Notes: generated from the sequence alone by a model not told the origin. A stretch of DNA of 64,000 nt from Candidatus Dormiibacterota bacterium (GCA_963777285.1 CAVZPR010000002.1:470304-534303), one strand, 5' to 3'. Shown: positions 10,738-23,945, counted from the first letter of the stretch. A program made the numbers and translations.

Positions 10738-11902
10738 GGACGAGTGTCGCCTCGCCCTGCGCGATGCCGCTGCATATCCCCGCGGCGCCGTATCCCCCGC
10801 CACGCCTGCGCAGCTCGTACAGCAGCGTCATGAGAAGGCGCGCGCCGCTCGCTCCGATGGGGTGACCGATGGCGATCGCGCCACCGTTGACGTTGACGAT
10901 GTCCGGATCCACCTCGAGCATGCGTGTGCTGGTGAGGGCGACCGCGGCGAACGCCTCGTTGACCTCGACGAGCGCGAGCTTGCCGACGTCGACCGCGCCG
11001 CGCGTCTTGGCCAGCGCCGCGTCGATCGCGGTGGCGGGAACGGTGGCGAGGTAGGGGTGCTCCGCGGCGGACTCGCCGTAGGCGATCCAGGTGCCGAGCG
11101 GCGTGAGGCCCGCAGCCGCCGCCCGCTCGGCGCTCATGAGCAGCACGGCGGTCGCGCCGTCGTTCATGCCGGGCGCGTTGCCCGCAGTCACCGTGCTGCC
11201 ATCACCGAACGCCCCGCGCAGCGAGGCGAGCTTCTCGCGCGACGTGTCGGGACGCGGTTGCTCGTCGCGGGCCACGCTGTGGCCGTTCACCGCGACGTCG
11301 ACGATCTCGTCGTCGAGCCTTCCCGCGGCCAGCGCTGCGGCGTAGCGCGTTTGCGAGCGCAGCGCCCACGCATCCTGCTCCTCGCGCGAGACGCCGAGCT
11401 CGGCGGCCACGTCGCTGCCGTGGACCCCCATCAGCACCCCGTCGACAGGGCAGCACAGCCCGTCGCGCATCATGCTGTCCACCGCGGTGCGGTCGCCGAA
11501 CCTGGCGCCGAAACGCTGGTCCTCGAGCAGGTAGGGAGCGCGCGACATCGATTCCATGCCGCCGGCGACCACCACGCCGGCCTCACCCGATCTGATGAGC
11601 AGCGCTCCGAGGTTCACCGCCTTGAGCGCGCTGGCGCAGACCTTGTTCACGGTGAATGCGGGCACCGTCGCCGGGACGCCGGCGCGCAGCGCCGCCTGGC
11701 GGGCGGGCACCTGTCCCTGCCCCGCCGGCAGCACGGTCCCCATGATCACCTGGTCGACGGACGCAGGGTCCACGCCCGCACGGTCGATGACCTCGCGGAT
11801 GACGCGCGCCCCGAGGTCGACGGCCGCCACCGACGCCAGGGCACCTCCCAGCTTGCCGAATGGCGTCCGCGCTGCAGACACGATGACGGGGTCGCTTCCC
11901 AC
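10727..11902 (-). CDS. Acetyl-CoA C-acyltransferase (thiolase), MmgA-like
   Basis: ARTPFG, NKVCASA, GGMESMS, NEAF, GHPIGASG, ICSG; GTG start at 11902. Confidence 0.93.
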   Translation of the reverse strand: MGSDPVIVSAARTPFGKLGGALASVAAVDLGARVIREVIDRAGVDPASVDQVIMGTVLPAGQGQVPARQAALRAGVPATVPAFTVNKVCASALKAVNLGALLIRSGEAGVVVAGGMESMSRAPYLLEDQRFGARFGDRTAVDSMMRDGLCCPVDGVLMGVHGSDVAAELGVSREEQDAWALRSQTRYAAALAAGRLDDEIVDVAVNGHSVARDEQPRPDTSREKLASLRGAFGDGSTVTAGNAPGMNDGATAVLLMSAERAAAAGLTPLGTWIAYGESAAEHPYLATVPATAIDAALAKTRGAVDVGKLALVEVNEAFAAVALTSTRMLEVDPDIVNVNGGAIAIGHPIGASGARLLMTLLYELRRRGGGYGAAGICSGIAQGEATLVHAG

Positions 11903-11931
11903 CTCGCGACTGTACCCGGCGCGTGCTGCGC

Positions 11932-13098
11932 TCAATCCTCGAGCACCTCGAAGGGGCGCAGGATGTGCCGCGCGATGAGTATGCGCTGCACCTCGCTCGT
12001 GCCTTCGCCGATCTCGTTGATCTTGACGTCTCGGTAGTAGCGCGCCACGGGCAACTCGTCCATGAAGCCGTACCCCCCGTGGATCTGCACCGCCTGCCCG
12101 GCGCACGCGGTGGCCACCTCGGACGCATGAAGCTTGGCCATCGACGCGTACGGCATCGGGCTTCCGCCCGCGTCGATGGCGCACGCTGCGCGCCACGTCA
12201 TGAGCCGCGCCAGCTCGATCTGGGTGGCCATGTCGGCGAGCTTGAACTGCAGCGACTGGAAGGTGGCGATCGGCTTGCCGAACTGCCGCCGCTGCGACGC
12301 GTACGACATCGCCGCATCCAGGCAGGCCTGCGCCACGCCGACCGCCAGGGCTGCGATCGCGACGCGGCCGCCCTCGAGTATCTGCAAGAACTGGCTGTAA
12401 CCGGCACCTCGCTCGCCCACCAGGTTGGAGAGCGGCACCCGCACGCCATCGAAGATCAATTCGCGCGTGTCCGAGGCGTGCCAGCCGAGCTTGCGGTACT
12501 TGGGAGCCTGCGAGTACCCGGCCGTGCCGCGTTCGACCGCGATCGTGCTGATCTCACGCCGCCCGTCGTCACCCCCCGTGACGGCGGTGATGGTCACGCC
12601 GGCGCTGATGTCGGTGCCGGCGTTGGTGATGAACGCCTTGCGACCGTCGATGCGCCACTCGCCTCCCTCCGCAACCGCACGCGTCTGCGTGCCGCCCGCG
12701 TCTGAGCCGGCCTCCGGCTCCGTCATCCCGAAGGACCAGAGCTTGCGTCCAGCGAGCAGGTCGGGGAGCCAGCGCTCCTGCTGCTCGCGGCTGCCGTAGC
12801 GCACCAAGGGCGCGATCCCCAGCGAGACGGCCGCCTCCAGCGTGATCGCCGCGCTGGCGTCGGCGCGCGCGATCTCCTCCATGGCCAGGGCGTATGTCAG
12901 GAAGTCACCGCCTGCGCCACCGAGAGACTCGGGGAAGGGGAGCGCGAAGAGTCCGAGGCCGGCCATGCCGCGCACCCACTCGTAGGGGAAATCGCCGCTC
13001 TCGTCGTAGCGCGCCGCCTCCGGCGCGATCTCCGCGCGCGCGAACTCGCGCACCGTCGCGCGGATGTGGCGCTGCTCGTCGCTGAGCTCGAAGTCCAT
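11932..13098 (-). CDS. Acyl-CoA dehydrogenase
   Basis: GMTEPEAGSDAG, KAFITNAG, YRKLGWHASDT, RRQFGK, HGGYG, EIGEGTSEVQR. Confidence 0.95.
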   Translation of the reverse strand: MDFELSDEQRHIRATVREFARAEIAPEAARYDESGDFPYEWVRGMAGLGLFALPFPESLGGAGGDFLTYALAMEEIARADASAAITLEAAVSLGIAPLVRYGSREQQERWLPDLLAGRKLWSFGMTEPEAGSDAGGTQTRAVAEGGEWRIDGRKAFITNAGTDISAGVTITAVTGGDDGRREISTIAVERGTAGYSQAPKYRKLGWHASDTRELIFDGVRVPLSNLVGERGAGYSQFLQILEGGRVAIAALAVGVAQACLDAAMSYASQRRQFGKPIATFQSLQFKLADMATQIELARLMTWRAACAIDAGGSPMPYASMAKLHASEVATACAGQAVQIHGGYGFMDELPVARYYRDVKINEIGEGTSEVQRILIARHILRPFEVLED

Positions 13099-13991
13099 CA
13101 GCTGCCGCGGGCGGCGCCCAATCCCAACGCGGCGGCCGTCATGCGCACCACGTCCTCGATGGTGTCAGCGATCGCCGCGGCGGCACCGTGGAGCGCCTCG
13201 ATCTTGCTCGCCGCCGTGCCGGTGCCTCCGCTGATGATCGCGCCGGCGTGCCCCATGCGCTTTCCCGGCGGGGCGGTCCGCCCTGATATGAAGGCGACGA
13301 CGGGCTTGTCGAAGCCCGTCTCGGTGATCCACCGGGCAGCGCGCTCCTCGTCGGAGCCGCCGATCTCGCCAATCATGACTACAACTCGGGTGTCGCCGTC
13401 ACCGGCGAACAGGCGCAGGACGTCGGTGAAACCCAGGCCCAGGACCGGGTCGCCGCCGATGCCCACCGACGTCGTCTGGCCCATCCCCGCCTGCCCCAGG
13501 CCCTGGATCACCTCGTACGTGAGGGTGCCGCTGCGGCCCACGATGCCCACGGGCCCGGGGACGTTGATGTGGCTGGGGATGATGCCCACCTTGCACTGCT
13601 GCGGGGTGACGACGCCGGGGCAGTTGGCCCCCAGCAGCATCCTGCCGCTGCGTTCGACGGCCAGCCGTGCCCGCACCATGTCGTGCACCGGGATGCCCTC
13701 GGTGATGCACACGGTGAGTCCCACGCCTGCAGCCGCGGATTCCATGATCGCGTCAGCTGCGAAGGCGGGCGGCACGAAAACGCCGGCCACGTCTGCGCTG
13801 GTCGCCGTCACCGCGTCTGCAACCGTGTCGAAGACGGGCACTCCGTCCTGGTCCGACCCTCCCTTTCCCGGCGAGACACCGGCCACGACATTGGTGCCGA
13901 ACGCGCGCATCTGCTGCGTGTGAAAGCTGCCCTCGCGGCCTGTGATGCCCTGGATGAGGACACGGCTGCTGCGGTCGACGAGCACGCTCAC
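13098..13991 (-). CDS. sucD: Succinyl-CoA ligase alpha subunit
   Basis: [46 protein letters not shown] (phospho-His). Confidence 0.96.
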   Translation of the reverse strand: MSVLVDRSSRVLIQGITGREGSFHTQQMRAFGTNVVAGVSPGKGGSDQDGVPVFDTVADAVTATSADVAGVFVPPAFAADAIMESAAAGVGLTVCITEGIPVHDMVRARLAVERSGRMLLGANCPGVVTPQQCKVGIIPSHINVPGPVGIVGRSGTLTYEVIQGLGQAGMGQTTSVGIGGDPVLGLGFTDVLRLFAGDGDTRVVVMIGEIGGSDEERAARWITETGFDKPVVAFISGRTAPPGKRMGHAGAIISGGTGTAASKIEALHGAAAAIADTIEDVVRMTAAALGLGAARGS

Positions 13992-15175
13992 GAGGCGCCG
14001 TCGTGCGTCAGCTGCACGATCTTCTCCGCCGCCTGCGTCGCGTCCACGGCGGGCACGATGCCCGCCTCCTGCAGCATCCGCCGCCCCTCCTCCTCCATCG
14101 TGCCGGTCATGCGCACCACCAGCGGCTTGGTGATGCGCAGGGTGTCACGCGCCTCGATGACGCCGCGCGCCACCTCGTCGCCTCGCGTTATGCCGCCGAA
14201 CACGTTGATGAAGACGCCGCGCACCTTTGGATCCAGCAGGACCATCTCGAGCGCGTTGCGCACGCGCTCCGCGCTGGCGCCGCCGCCGATGTCGAGGAAG
14301 TCCGCGGGGTCGCCGCCGTGCTGCTTCACCAGGTCGAGCGTGTTCATGGTGAGTCCAGCGCCGTTGCCGATGACCCCGACGTCGCCGTCGAGGTGCACGT
14401 ACGTGAGCCCGCGCTTGCGGGCCTCGACCTCGAACGGATCCTCCCCTGTGGCGCCGTCCTCACCGGCGGAGTCGCGCGCCAGCTCCTCGGCGATGTCGCG
14501 ATGGCGGAACTCCGCGTTCTCGTCGATCTCCAGCTTGCCGTCGGCGGCGACCAGGGCTCCGTCCGTTGTCAGCACCAGGGGGTTGATCTCGCACGTGAGC
14601 GCGTCGCACCGCACCGCGAGTGAGTAGAGGCGTGAGGTGAGGCCGGCGACGCCCGCGGCCAGCCGCGCCGCGCGCGGACGGAGCTGCGGAGCGTGCGCCA
14701 GCGCGCTGAACACGAGCTGCCGGATCTCGTATGCCTGCGGGCCGGCGAACGCGTCGGGCCACAGCTTGGCGATCTTCTCCGGCGCTTCCGCCGCAACCTG
14801 CTCGATCTCCATGCCGCCGGCGGCGGAGAAGATCACCACCAGGGAGCGCCGGTCCCTGTCGAGGGTGATCCCCAGGTAGAGCTCGGTGTCGATCTCGAGG
14901 CCGGTCTCGCACCACACGCTGCGCACCGGATAGCCACGAATGCTCATGCCCAGGATGCGCGCGGCTTCACGGCGCGCGTCGTCAGGCGTGTCCACGACGG
15001 CAATGCCGCCTGCCTTGCCCCGCCCTCCTATGGGCACCTGCGCCTTGACGGCGACGCGCCCCAGCTCGGTCGCAGCCGCCGCGGCCTGCTCGGCGCTGCG
15101 CGCCAGGCGCCCTTGCGGCACCGCGATGCCGGCGGCAGCGAAGCGCTGCTTCGCCTGGTACTCCAGCAGCTTCAT
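13988..15175 (-). CDS. sucC: Succinyl-CoA ligase beta subunit
   Basis: [52 protein letters not shown]. Confidence 0.96.
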   Translation of the reverse strand: MKLLEYQAKQRFAAAGIAVPQGRLARSAEQAAAAATELGRVAVKAQVPIGGRGKAGGIAVVDTPDDARREAARILGMSIRGYPVRSVWCETGLEIDTELYLGITLDRDRRSLVVIFSAAGGMEIEQVAAEAPEKIAKLWPDAFAGPQAYEIRQLVFSALAHAPQLRPRAARLAAGVAGLTSRLYSLAVRCDALTCEINPLVLTTDGALVAADGKLEIDENAEFRHRDIAEELARDSAGEDGATGEDPFEVEARKRGLTYVHLDGDVGVIGNGAGLTMNTLDLVKQHGGDPADFLDIGGGASAERVRNALEMVLLDPKVRGVFINVFGGITRGDEVARGVIEARDTLRITKPLVVRMTGTMEEEGRRMLQEAGIVPAVDATQAAEKIVQLTHDGAS

Positions 15176-15206
15176 GCGCGGGCCAGTCTAGAGAACCGGG
15201 ACCGCG

Positions 15207-16157
15207 TCACCGGGAAGGCGCCAGGGCATTCAGCTCTGCAACGTCGTCAGCGCTCATCACCCATGAGCCCGCCGCCGCGTTGGCGCGCACCTGGTCGGGT
15301 GTCGTCGCGCCGGCGATGACGGAGGCCACATGCGGCTGCGCACCGAGACCCGCAACGGCGACGTCGAGCAGGCTGCGACCGCGCGTTTCGGCGAAGTGAC
15401 GCAGCCGGTCGACCGCGTCGAAGTTGCTGTCGGTGAGCATCTCGGCCGCGAGGTCGGGCACGCGCCCGAGGCGCGTGTCCTGCGGCGGGGGCACGCCACG
15501 CTGGTACTTGCCGGTGAGCATGCCCGCGGCCAGCGGATAGAAGGGGATGATGCCCAGCCCGTACCGCGCGCAGGCCGGCGTCACCTCAAGCTCGATGTCG
15601 CGGTGGATGAGGCTGTACTGGTTCTGCGCGCTGATGAAGTGCTCCCATCCGCCAGTGCGCGCCGTCCACTCCGCGTCGGCGATCTGCCAGCCGGCGAACT
15701 GCGAGCTTCCGATGTAGCGCACCTTGCCTTCGTGCACCAGGTCGTCGAGAGTCTCCAGCGTCTCGGCGATGGGGGTTTCGGGGTCGGGGAAGTGCATCTG
15801 GTACAGGTCGATCCAGTCGCAGCGCAGCCGCTGCAGGCTCCGCTCCACCGCGAGGCGTATCCACCGCCGCGAGCCACCGCGCTCGTATGGCGACGCTCCG
15901 CGCGGACCGGAGAACTTGGTCGCCACGACGACGCCGGCGCGGCGATCGCCCAGCGCCCGGCCCAGGATCTCCTCGCTGGCGCCGTCGCCATAGATGTCGG
16001 CCGTGTCGAACAGCGTGATGCCGGCGTCGAGCGCTGCATGTATCACCGCGACCGACGCGTCCGGGCCGAGGCGGCGGCCGAAGTTGTTGCAGCCGAGGCC
16101 GACCGCGCTGACCAGGAGGCCGGACGTGCCCACGTGGCGGAGTGGTACCTCATGCAT
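15207..16157 (-). CDS. Aldo/keto reductase
   Basis: GLGCNNFG, FDTADIYG, VATKF, IDLYQMH, GKVRYIGSS, PLAAGMLTGKY. Confidence 0.94.
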   Translation of the reverse strand: MHEVPLRHVGTSGLLVSAVGLGCNNFGRRLGPDASVAVIHAALDAGITLFDTADIYGDGASEEILGRALGDRRAGVVVATKFSGPRGASPYERGGSRRWIRLAVERSLQRLRCDWIDLYQMHFPDPETPIAETLETLDDLVHEGKVRYIGSSQFAGWQIADAEWTARTGGWEHFISAQNQYSLIHRDIELEVTPACARYGLGIIPFYPLAAGMLTGKYQRGVPPPQDTRLGRVPDLAAEMLTDSNFDAVDRLRHFAETRGRSLLDVAVAGLGAQPHVASVIAGATTPDQVRANAAAGSWVMSADDVAELNALAPSR

Positions 16158-16217
16158 GGGTCACAGGGTACGAGACCGTGACGTTGCCCCACTCTGCGGG
16201 CTGATACGCTGCCCGCG

Positions 16218-17420
16218 ATGCGAAAGGGCGAGCCCGACCCCGCCGGGCTGCCACCGGTGCCCGTGCCGGAGGTCCCCGCGCCGGCGGCGGTCCCGCCTCC
16301 TGAACCCGTGCATCGCGAGCGCTACGTCATCAGGGTGAGCACGCTGGTCGCCGCCGCGCTCGTCGTGCTCGGCGTCGTCGCCCTGGTGTTCCTGCTGAGC
16401 AGCATCCTGGGCATCGTCCTCACGGTGCTCGTGGCCATCGTGTTCGCTGAAGGAATCCGCCCGCTGGTGCACTGGCTGCGCACGCGCGGCGTTCCGATGC
16501 CGCTCGGGATCGTCATCGTGTACGTCGCGCTCATCGCCTTCCTGGGCCTCCTGGTCGCGTTGCTGGTGCAGCCCATCGTCAGCGAGGCGCAGTCGCTCGC
16601 GGCCAACTTCCCCACCTACCAGAAGCACTTCCTCGAGTTCTTCAACTCGCTGCAGCAGCGCTTCCACTTCGACGTCAACATCAGCCAGCAGGTCGGCACC
16701 GTGCTGGGCGCCGCGCAGCAGGTGCTGTTCGCCATCGGCGGCACGCTCTTCGGCATCGTCGTCGACTTCATCCTGGTGCTGGTGCTCGGATTCCTCTGGC
16801 TGGTGAGCAGCGACCGGCTCAAGGCGTTCGTGGTCGACCTCATGCCGCTGCACCACCAGCAGCTGGCCACCGACGTGATCCGCGAGATCGGTTTCCGCAT
16901 GGGCGGCTACCTCCGCGCTGTCGCCATCAACAGCCTCGCCGTCGGCGCGGTCACCGGGGTGGCCTGCGCGCTGCTGCAGCTGCCCAGCCCGGTGCTGCTC
17001 GGCGTGTTCGCCGGACTGACCGCTGCGGTCCCGCTGGTGGGGCCGTTCGTCGGCATCATCCCGCCGGTGCTGCTGGGCTTGACGGTGAGCCCCGCCTATC
17101 CGTTCGTGGTCCTCGCGGTGTTGATCGTGATCCAGCTCATCGACGCCAACACCGTCGTGCCGCTCCTGATGAACCGCGTGATCGCGCTGCCCGCGCTCGG
17201 TGTCGTCCTCGCACTGCTCATCGGTGGCGCGCTGCAGGGGTTGATCGGCGCACTGCTGGCGGTGCCACTGGCGGCCGCGCTGCACGTGATCGTGGTCAGG
17301 GTGGTCGTGCCCGCGGTCCATGCGCGGCAGGGCCGAACGCCCTCGCCCGTCCCCGCCACGGTGCCGGCCGCGCGGCCGCTCCGCACCAAGCGACTGGTGG
17401 CGCGGCTGCGCCGTCCCTGA
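16218..17420 (+). CDS. AI-2E family transporter (PerM/UPF0118)
   Basis: Multi-TM; GGYLRA, VPLVGPFVG, GLIGALLAVP motifs. Confidence 0.88.
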   Translation: MRKGEPDPAGLPPVPVPEVPAPAAVPPPEPVHRERYVIRVSTLVAAALVVLGVVALVFLLSSILGIVLTVLVAIVFAEGIRPLVHWLRTRGVPMPLGIVIVYVALIAFLGLLVALLVQPIVSEAQSLAANFPTYQKHFLEFFNSLQQRFHFDVNISQQVGTVLGAAQQVLFAIGGTLFGIVVDFILVLVLGFLWLVSSDRLKAFVVDLMPLHHQQLATDVIREIGFRMGGYLRAVAINSLAVGAVTGVACALLQLPSPVLLGVFAGLTAAVPLVGPFVGIIPPVLLGLTVSPAYPFVVLAVLIVIQLIDANTVVPLLMNRVIALPALGVVLALLIGGALQGLIGALLAVPLAAALHVIVVRVVVPAVHARQGRTPSPVPATVPAARPLRTKRLVARLRRP

Positions 17421-17436
17421 CGCGCGCGCGGCGGCG

Positions 17437-19047
<1,611 letters not shown>

Positions 19048-19067
19048 CGGCCCAACCCTACCAGCAG

Positions 19068-20660
19068 CTATACGTTGGCGGCGGGGCGGTAGACACCGAA
19101 GACGTCACGGAGGCAGGCGCAGACCTCCCCGACCGTGGCGCGCACCGACAGCGCGTCGCGCATCAACGGCAGCAGGTTGGCGTCGCCCTCGGCCCCGCGG
19201 CGCAGGGCCGTGAGGCACCGGTCGACGTCGCCCTGCGCGCGCTCGGCGCGCACGCGGCGCACGCGCTGGACCTGCGCTTCTTCGAGGTCCGCACCCACAC
19301 GCAGGATCTCGATCTCGTGCTGCGAGGTCTGTGTGAAGCGGTTGACACCGACGATCACCCGCTGCCCGGATTCGACCCGCTGCTGGTGCCGGTACGCGGA
19401 TTCCTGGATCTGCTCTTGATAGAAGCCTTCCTCGATCGCCGCAACGGCGCCGCCGCGCGTGTCGACCTCGTCCATCAGCGCGCGCGCCTCGTCGATGAGC
19501 CGGTGCGTCAAGCTCTCCACCAGGTACGAGCCGCCCATGGGATCGGCCACGTTGGCCGCGCCGGACTCGTGACCGATGATCTGCTGCGTGCGCAGCGCGA
19601 TCTCTGCGGCCTGCTGCGAGGGCAGCGCCAGCGCCTCGTCGTAGCTGTTGGTGTGGAGCGACTGCGTGCCGCCGGCGACGGCGGCCAGCGCCTGCAGCGC
19701 CACGCGCACCACGTTGTTGAGCGGCTGCTGCGCCGTCAGCGTGGCGCCGCTGGTCTGCGCGTGAAAGCGGAGCATCTGGCTGCGCGCGCTGCGCGCACCG
19801 AACCGCTCGCGCATCACCTCCGCCCAGACGGCGCGGGCGGCGCGGAACTTTGCCACCTCTTCGAAGAAGTCGTTGCTCACGTTGAAGAAGAAGCTGAGGC
19901 GGGGCGCGACGTCGTCCACGGCGAGGCCGGCGTCGAGTGCGGCCTGCACGTAGGCGATGCCGTTGCTGATGGTGAAGGCGATCTCCTGCGGCGCCGTGGC
20001 GCCTGCTTCGCGCATGTGGTAGCCGCTGATGCTGATCGTGTTCCAGCGCGGCAACCGCTCTGCGCAGTAGGCGAAGGTGTCGGTCACCAGCCGCATCGAT
20101 GGACGGGGCGGGAAGATGTACGTGCCCCGGGCCGCGTATTCCTTGAGGATGTCGTTCTGGATCGTCCCGCCCAGCGACGCCGGCGTGATCCCCTTGTGCT
20201 CTGCTGCCAGCTCGTAGAGGAGCAGCAGCAGCGACGCCGGCGCGTTGATGGTCATCGACGTGGTCACGCGGTCCTGCGGTATGCCCTTGGTCAGCAGCTC
20301 CATGTCGTCGATCGAGTCGATGGCGACACCGACCTTGCCCACCTCGCCGTGTGCCACGGGATCGTCGCTGTCGTATCCCATCTGCGTGGGCAGATCGAAC
20401 GCGACCGACAGCCCCGTCTGACCCGCGCGCAGCAGGTAGTGGAAGCGCTCGTTGGTCTGCGCCGCGCTGCCGAAACCTGCGTACTGGCGCATGGTCCAGA
20501 GCCGCTCGCGGTACCCGTCCGCGCGGGCGCCGCGCGCGTACGGAAAGGTTCCCGGCGGCGGCCATTCCTCACCGCCGCCGCCGTAAAAGGGCCGCAGGGG
20601 CAAACCGGACTCCGTCTCGCGTGCCGGCTCGCCGGCGGCGTCGCCGCCGGTCGGGCTCAC
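19068..20660 (-). CDS. Methylmalonyl-CoA mutase large (substrate-binding) subunit
   Basis: [45 protein letters not shown]; GTG start overlaps the epimerase stop; no B12-binding DxHxxG domain. Confidence 0.93.
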   Translation of the reverse strand: MSPTGGDAAGEPARETESGLPLRPFYGGGGEEWPPPGTFPYARGARADGYRERLWTMRQYAGFGSAAQTNERFHYLLRAGQTGLSVAFDLPTQMGYDSDDPVAHGEVGKVGVAIDSIDDMELLTKGIPQDRVTTSMTINAPASLLLLLYELAAEHKGITPASLGGTIQNDILKEYAARGTYIFPPRPSMRLVTDTFAYCAERLPRWNTISISGYHMREAGATAPQEIAFTISNGIAYVQAALDAGLAVDDVAPRLSFFFNVSNDFFEEVAKFRAARAVWAEVMRERFGARSARSQMLRFHAQTSGATLTAQQPLNNVVRVALQALAAVAGGTQSLHTNSYDEALALPSQQAAEIALRTQQIIGHESGAANVADPMGGSYLVESLTHRLIDEARALMDEVDTRGGAVAAIEEGFYQEQIQESAYRHQQRVESGQRVIVGVNRFTQTSQHEIEILRVGADLEEAQVQRVRRVRAERAQGDVDRCLTALRRGAEGDANLLPLMRDALSVRATVGEVCACLRDVFGVYRPAANV

Positions 20661-21088
20661 GGCCGCCGGCTCGCCTCGGGATCCGGCTGGCAGAGCTCGG
20701 TGAGCACGCCGCCCGCGGCCGAGGGGTGGAGGAACGCGACCAGGCGTCCCGCTGCGCCGCGCCGCGGGCATGCGTCGAGGAGCCGGAGTCCGAGGCCGGC
20801 GAAGCTGTCGAGCGACGACTGCACGTCCGCCACGCCGTACGCGACGTGGTGCAGCCCGCCACCGGTGCGCGCCAGGAACTTTGCGATCTTGGAGTCCGGC
20901 GACGTGCTGCCGAGCAGCTCGATGCGCGATTCACCCACCTCGAACATCACCGCCTCGACACCGTCGCTGGCGACCGCCTGGCGGTGCGCCGCGGGGCGGC
21001 CCGTCAGCGTCTCGTAGGCCTTCACCGCGGCCTCCAGGTCGTTGACCGCGATGCCGACGTGATCGATCTTCTCGAACGCCGCTGCCAT
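20657..21088 (-). CDS. mce: Methylmalonyl-CoA epimerase (VOC family)
   Basis: IDHVGIAV, IELL, GGLHHVAY, AFLHP, GVLTEL; adjacent to mutase. Confidence 0.92.
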   Translation of the reverse strand: MAAAFEKIDHVGIAVNDLEAAVKAYETLTGRPAAHRQAVASDGVEAVMFEVGESRIELLGSTSPDSKIAKFLARTGGGLHHVAYGVADVQSSLDSFAGLGLRLLDACPRRGAAGRLVAFLHPSAAGGVLTELCQPDPEASRRP

Positions 21089-21202
21089 TGCCGGCCGAGT
21101 ATAGGTACGCGTCATCGCCCCACGCCGCAGCGTCCGCATTTGACGAAGCTGCAACGATCCCCGGTCCGCGGGACCCCCGCGGTGGCGGGTCAATAGCATC
21201 GG

Positions 21203-22579
21203 GTGGTGCTCGACCGCCGCCTGTTCCTCGGCGCGCTGTTCGTCTTCGTCGCGGCGTACGCGGTGTTCGCGATCGCGCACATCGTGCCCCCCGCGCCGTA
21301 CGGCCTGGCCGACGACTGGCGCGTCTTCTACGCCGCGGGCCAGCTCGGTGCGCAGGGCGGCAACGTCTACGACCCGGCGGCGATGCACGTCGCCGAGCAG
21401 GCGGCGCAGCACTACGGCAGGGTGCAGCCGTCGCTCGACGACTTCACCGACCTGCCCGTGGTCGCGATCGTGCTCCGCGCCTTCACGTGGCTGCCGTACT
21501 GGGTAAGCTTCGCGGTGTTCACCGCGCTCGGCGCCATCGCGTCAGGGATCGCGCTGCACGCGTGGATGCGCCACGCGGGCTGGCGGCCGGCGCCGCTCTG
21601 GCTGGCCGCGGCGTTCTGCAGCTGGATCATGCTGGTCGGGCTGTTCGCGGGACAGTTCGACGCAGTGCTCCTCGCCGCCGCCATCGCCTCGCTCCTGCTG
21701 ATGCGCCGCGATCGGCCATGGATCGCCGGGCTGTGCATGGCGGCGGTGCTGCTCAAGCCGCACGTCCTGTGGCCGTTGCCGCTGCTCGTGGTGGCCGCGT
21801 GGTGGCTACCGGATCGCACACGCGCGATCCGGTTCGCGGCGGCGGCCGGGGCTGCGCTGATCGGCGGCGCCGGCGCCGGCTTTCTGCTCCTGCCGCACTC
21901 GGTATCGTTCTTCTCCCACCTGCTCACGTTCGGCGGCAGGGTCAGCGCGGTGCAGCCCGACCTGTCGGGGATCCCCGGGCTGCTGATCCACCTGCCGGCC
22001 GGTGCAGAGATCGGTGCGGCAACCGCCGTCGCCGGCGCGGCGGCCGTGGCTGTGGTGGCGGCGCTGGCCGCGCGAGGACGCCTGCCCGTCGCCGGTGGCG
22101 GCGTCGGTGGCGACCTGATCCCGCTGGCGGGCTTGGCGCTCTGGCTGGCACTGACCCCGTACGCGCACCCCAACGACGACGTGCTGCTCTTGCCGCTCCT
22201 GGTGCTCCTCGTGGGTCACCGCGGCGCCTGGCTCGACGCCCGCTGGCTTGAGGTGGGGATCATCGGCTCGCTCGCGGCCGGCGCCGCCTTCCTCAGCAGT
22301 GCGCCACTGGGATTCGCGGCGGTGCTCGCCGCCGCCGGCTTGTGGACGTGGCGGCGCCGCGCGCTGCCGGCGGCTGCCGGCGCGGCCATCGCCCTGTGCG
22401 CGCTGGCGCTGCTGCCCACCGTCTGGCCGCTGCACGTCGTGCCGGTGTCGCTCACTCCGATCGCGGTGGCGGTGACCGCGGTCGCGGCGGTGCAGCGGCT
22501 GCGCCAGGGGGACGCCGCGGTCACACAGCGCCGCGACGTTCAGCCCGTGGTGCTCGCGGCCGGGCCTGCCGGCGGCTGA
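21203..22579 (+). CDS. GT87/DUF2029-like polyprenyl-phosphate-sugar glycosyltransferase (GT-C fold)
   Basis: DWRVFYAAG, GQFD, LLKPH, HPND motifs in a multi-TM protein. Confidence 0.8.
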   Translation: MVLDRRLFLGALFVFVAAYAVFAIAHIVPPAPYGLADDWRVFYAAGQLGAQGGNVYDPAAMHVAEQAAQHYGRVQPSLDDFTDLPVVAIVLRAFTWLPYWVSFAVFTALGAIASGIALHAWMRHAGWRPAPLWLAAAFCSWIMLVGLFAGQFDAVLLAAAIASLLLMRRDRPWIAGLCMAAVLLKPHVLWPLPLLVVAAWWLPDRTRAIRFAAAAGAALIGGAGAGFLLLPHSVSFFSHLLTFGGRVSAVQPDLSGIPGLLIHLPAGAEIGAATAVAGAAAVAVVAALAARGRLPVAGGGVGGDLIPLAGLALWLALTPYAHPNDDVLLLPLLVLLVGHRGAWLDARWLEVGIIGSLAAGAAFLSSAPLGFAAVLAAAGLWTWRRRALPAAAGAAIALCALALLPTVWPLHVVPVSLTPIAVAVTAVAAVQRLRQGDAAVTQRRDVQPVVLAAGPAGG

Positions 22580-22583
22580 TCGG

Positions 22584-23480
22584 TCAGCCAGGAAGAGGCA
22601 GAGGGGCCGGCGGGTCGGACTTGTAGTCGTAGAAGCCGCGCCCGCTCTTGCGGCCGAGCCGGCCTTCCGCGACAAGACGCTCGAGGATGCGCACCGTCGC
22701 GTCGTCGCCGTGGTGGCCCTCGCGCATGAGCCGGTCGCGCCGGACGCCCAGCACGACGTCGAGTCCGGAGAAGTCCGCCAGCTGGAAGGGACCCATGGGC
22801 CAGTTCAGCCCGGCGCGCGTCGCGGTGTCGATGTCGGCCACCGACGCGACGCCGTCATCGAGCAGCGTGAAGGCCTCGCGCGAGGCGGCGCCGAGCACGC
22901 GGTTGACGATGAAGCCGTCGATCTCGCGGTCGACGACGATGGGCGTGCGTCCGATTCGGCGGCTCCACTCCACGGCGCGGTGCATCGTCTCGTCTGACGT
23001 CTGCGGACCGCGCACCACCTCGCACACGTCGAGGACGAGCACCGGATGGAAGAAGTGCATGTTGCAGCAGCGGTCGGGGCGCTGCGTGGCGGTCGCCAGG
23101 CGGGAGGCCACGATGTTGCTCGAATTGGTGGCGATGCCCGCCTCCGCAGGCAGGCTCTTGTCGAGCTGCGCGAAGACGTCGCGTTTCGCCGCCTCGTCCT
23201 CGACCACCGCTTCGATCGCCCACGCTGAGCCCGCGGCCGCGGCGTGCAGGTCGCCGCTGGTGGTCACGCGCGCGCCGGCGTCAGCAGCCTCAGCCGGTTG
23301 CAGCTTGCCCTTGGACACGCGGCCTTCCAGCCATCGCGCGTTCGCGTCCGCGGCGCGCTGCAGCTGAGCGTCACTCAGGTCGACGAGCGCGACGTCGACG
23401 CGGTGCAGGGCCGCCTGCATGGCGATCTGACCGCCCATGGTGCCGGCGCCGACAACCAAGAGCCGTCCTTCGACCGTCAT
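22584..23480 (-). CDS. 3-hydroxyacyl-CoA dehydrogenase
   Basis: VVGAGTMGGQIA, IEAVVE, TNSS, MHFF, GFIVNR, PMGPF, LGRKSGRGFY. Confidence 0.94.
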   Translation of the reverse strand: MTVEGRLLVVGAGTMGGQIAMQAALHRVDVALVDLSDAQLQRAADANARWLEGRVSKGKLQPAEAADAGARVTTSGDLHAAAAGSAWAIEAVVEDEAAKRDVFAQLDKSLPAEAGIATNSSNIVASRLATATQRPDRCCNMHFFHPVLVLDVCEVVRGPQTSDETMHRAVEWSRRIGRTPIVVDREIDGFIVNRVLGAASREAFTLLDDGVASVADIDTATRAGLNWPMGPFQLADFSGLDVVLGVRRDRLMREGHHGDDATVRILERLVAEGRLGRKSGRGFYDYKSDPPAPLPLPG

Positions 23481-23499
23481 CGGCTGAAACTGAGGCGCG

Positions 23500-23934
23500 T
23501 CAGCTCTCGTCGGGCCAGCGCACCTGCACCCGGGTGGTGCATTCGGTGAGCTCCTGCGAGGCCTTCGTGTAGCGGACGATGGTGGGGAAGTTGCCGCGCA
23601 GCTTGAGCTGGCCGAGCATGATCCCCTTGGTGGCGTCGAGCTGCTTGGTCGCCACCTTCTTCCAGCGCGAGTACGAGCCGGTGATGACGAAGTCCGCCTT
23701 CTCGGCATCGGCGCGGCTCACGATCTTCACGTCGCGCGCTTCGCCGTGCCACAGGTCGAGAAATATGCCCATGTCGTCGGGGACGTTCTTGTCGGGCTCC
23801 GCGAGGATCACCAGGCCGACGCTGCCCTCCCAGCCTGCCGCCGCCTGCTTGTACACCGCCGACTTGTTGATCTCGTCCTTGAACGCCTGCGCCCACTCCG
23901 GGCTGTACGCCTCGTACACGATCGCCTCTGCCAC
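23500..23934 (-). CDS. SCP2 sterol/lipid-binding domain protein
   Basis: SPEWAQAFKDEIN, LDLWHGEAR, GQLKLRGN; GGAGGA SD before GTG 23934. Confidence 0.75.
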   Translation of the reverse strand: MAEAIVYEAYSPEWAQAFKDEINKSAVYKQAAAGWEGSVGLVILAEPDKNVPDDMGIFLDLWHGEARDVKIVSRADAEKADFVITGSYSRWKKVATKQLDATKGIMLGQLKLRGNFPTIVRYTKASQELTECTTRVQVRWPDES

Positions 23935-23945
23935 GCCGTCTCCTC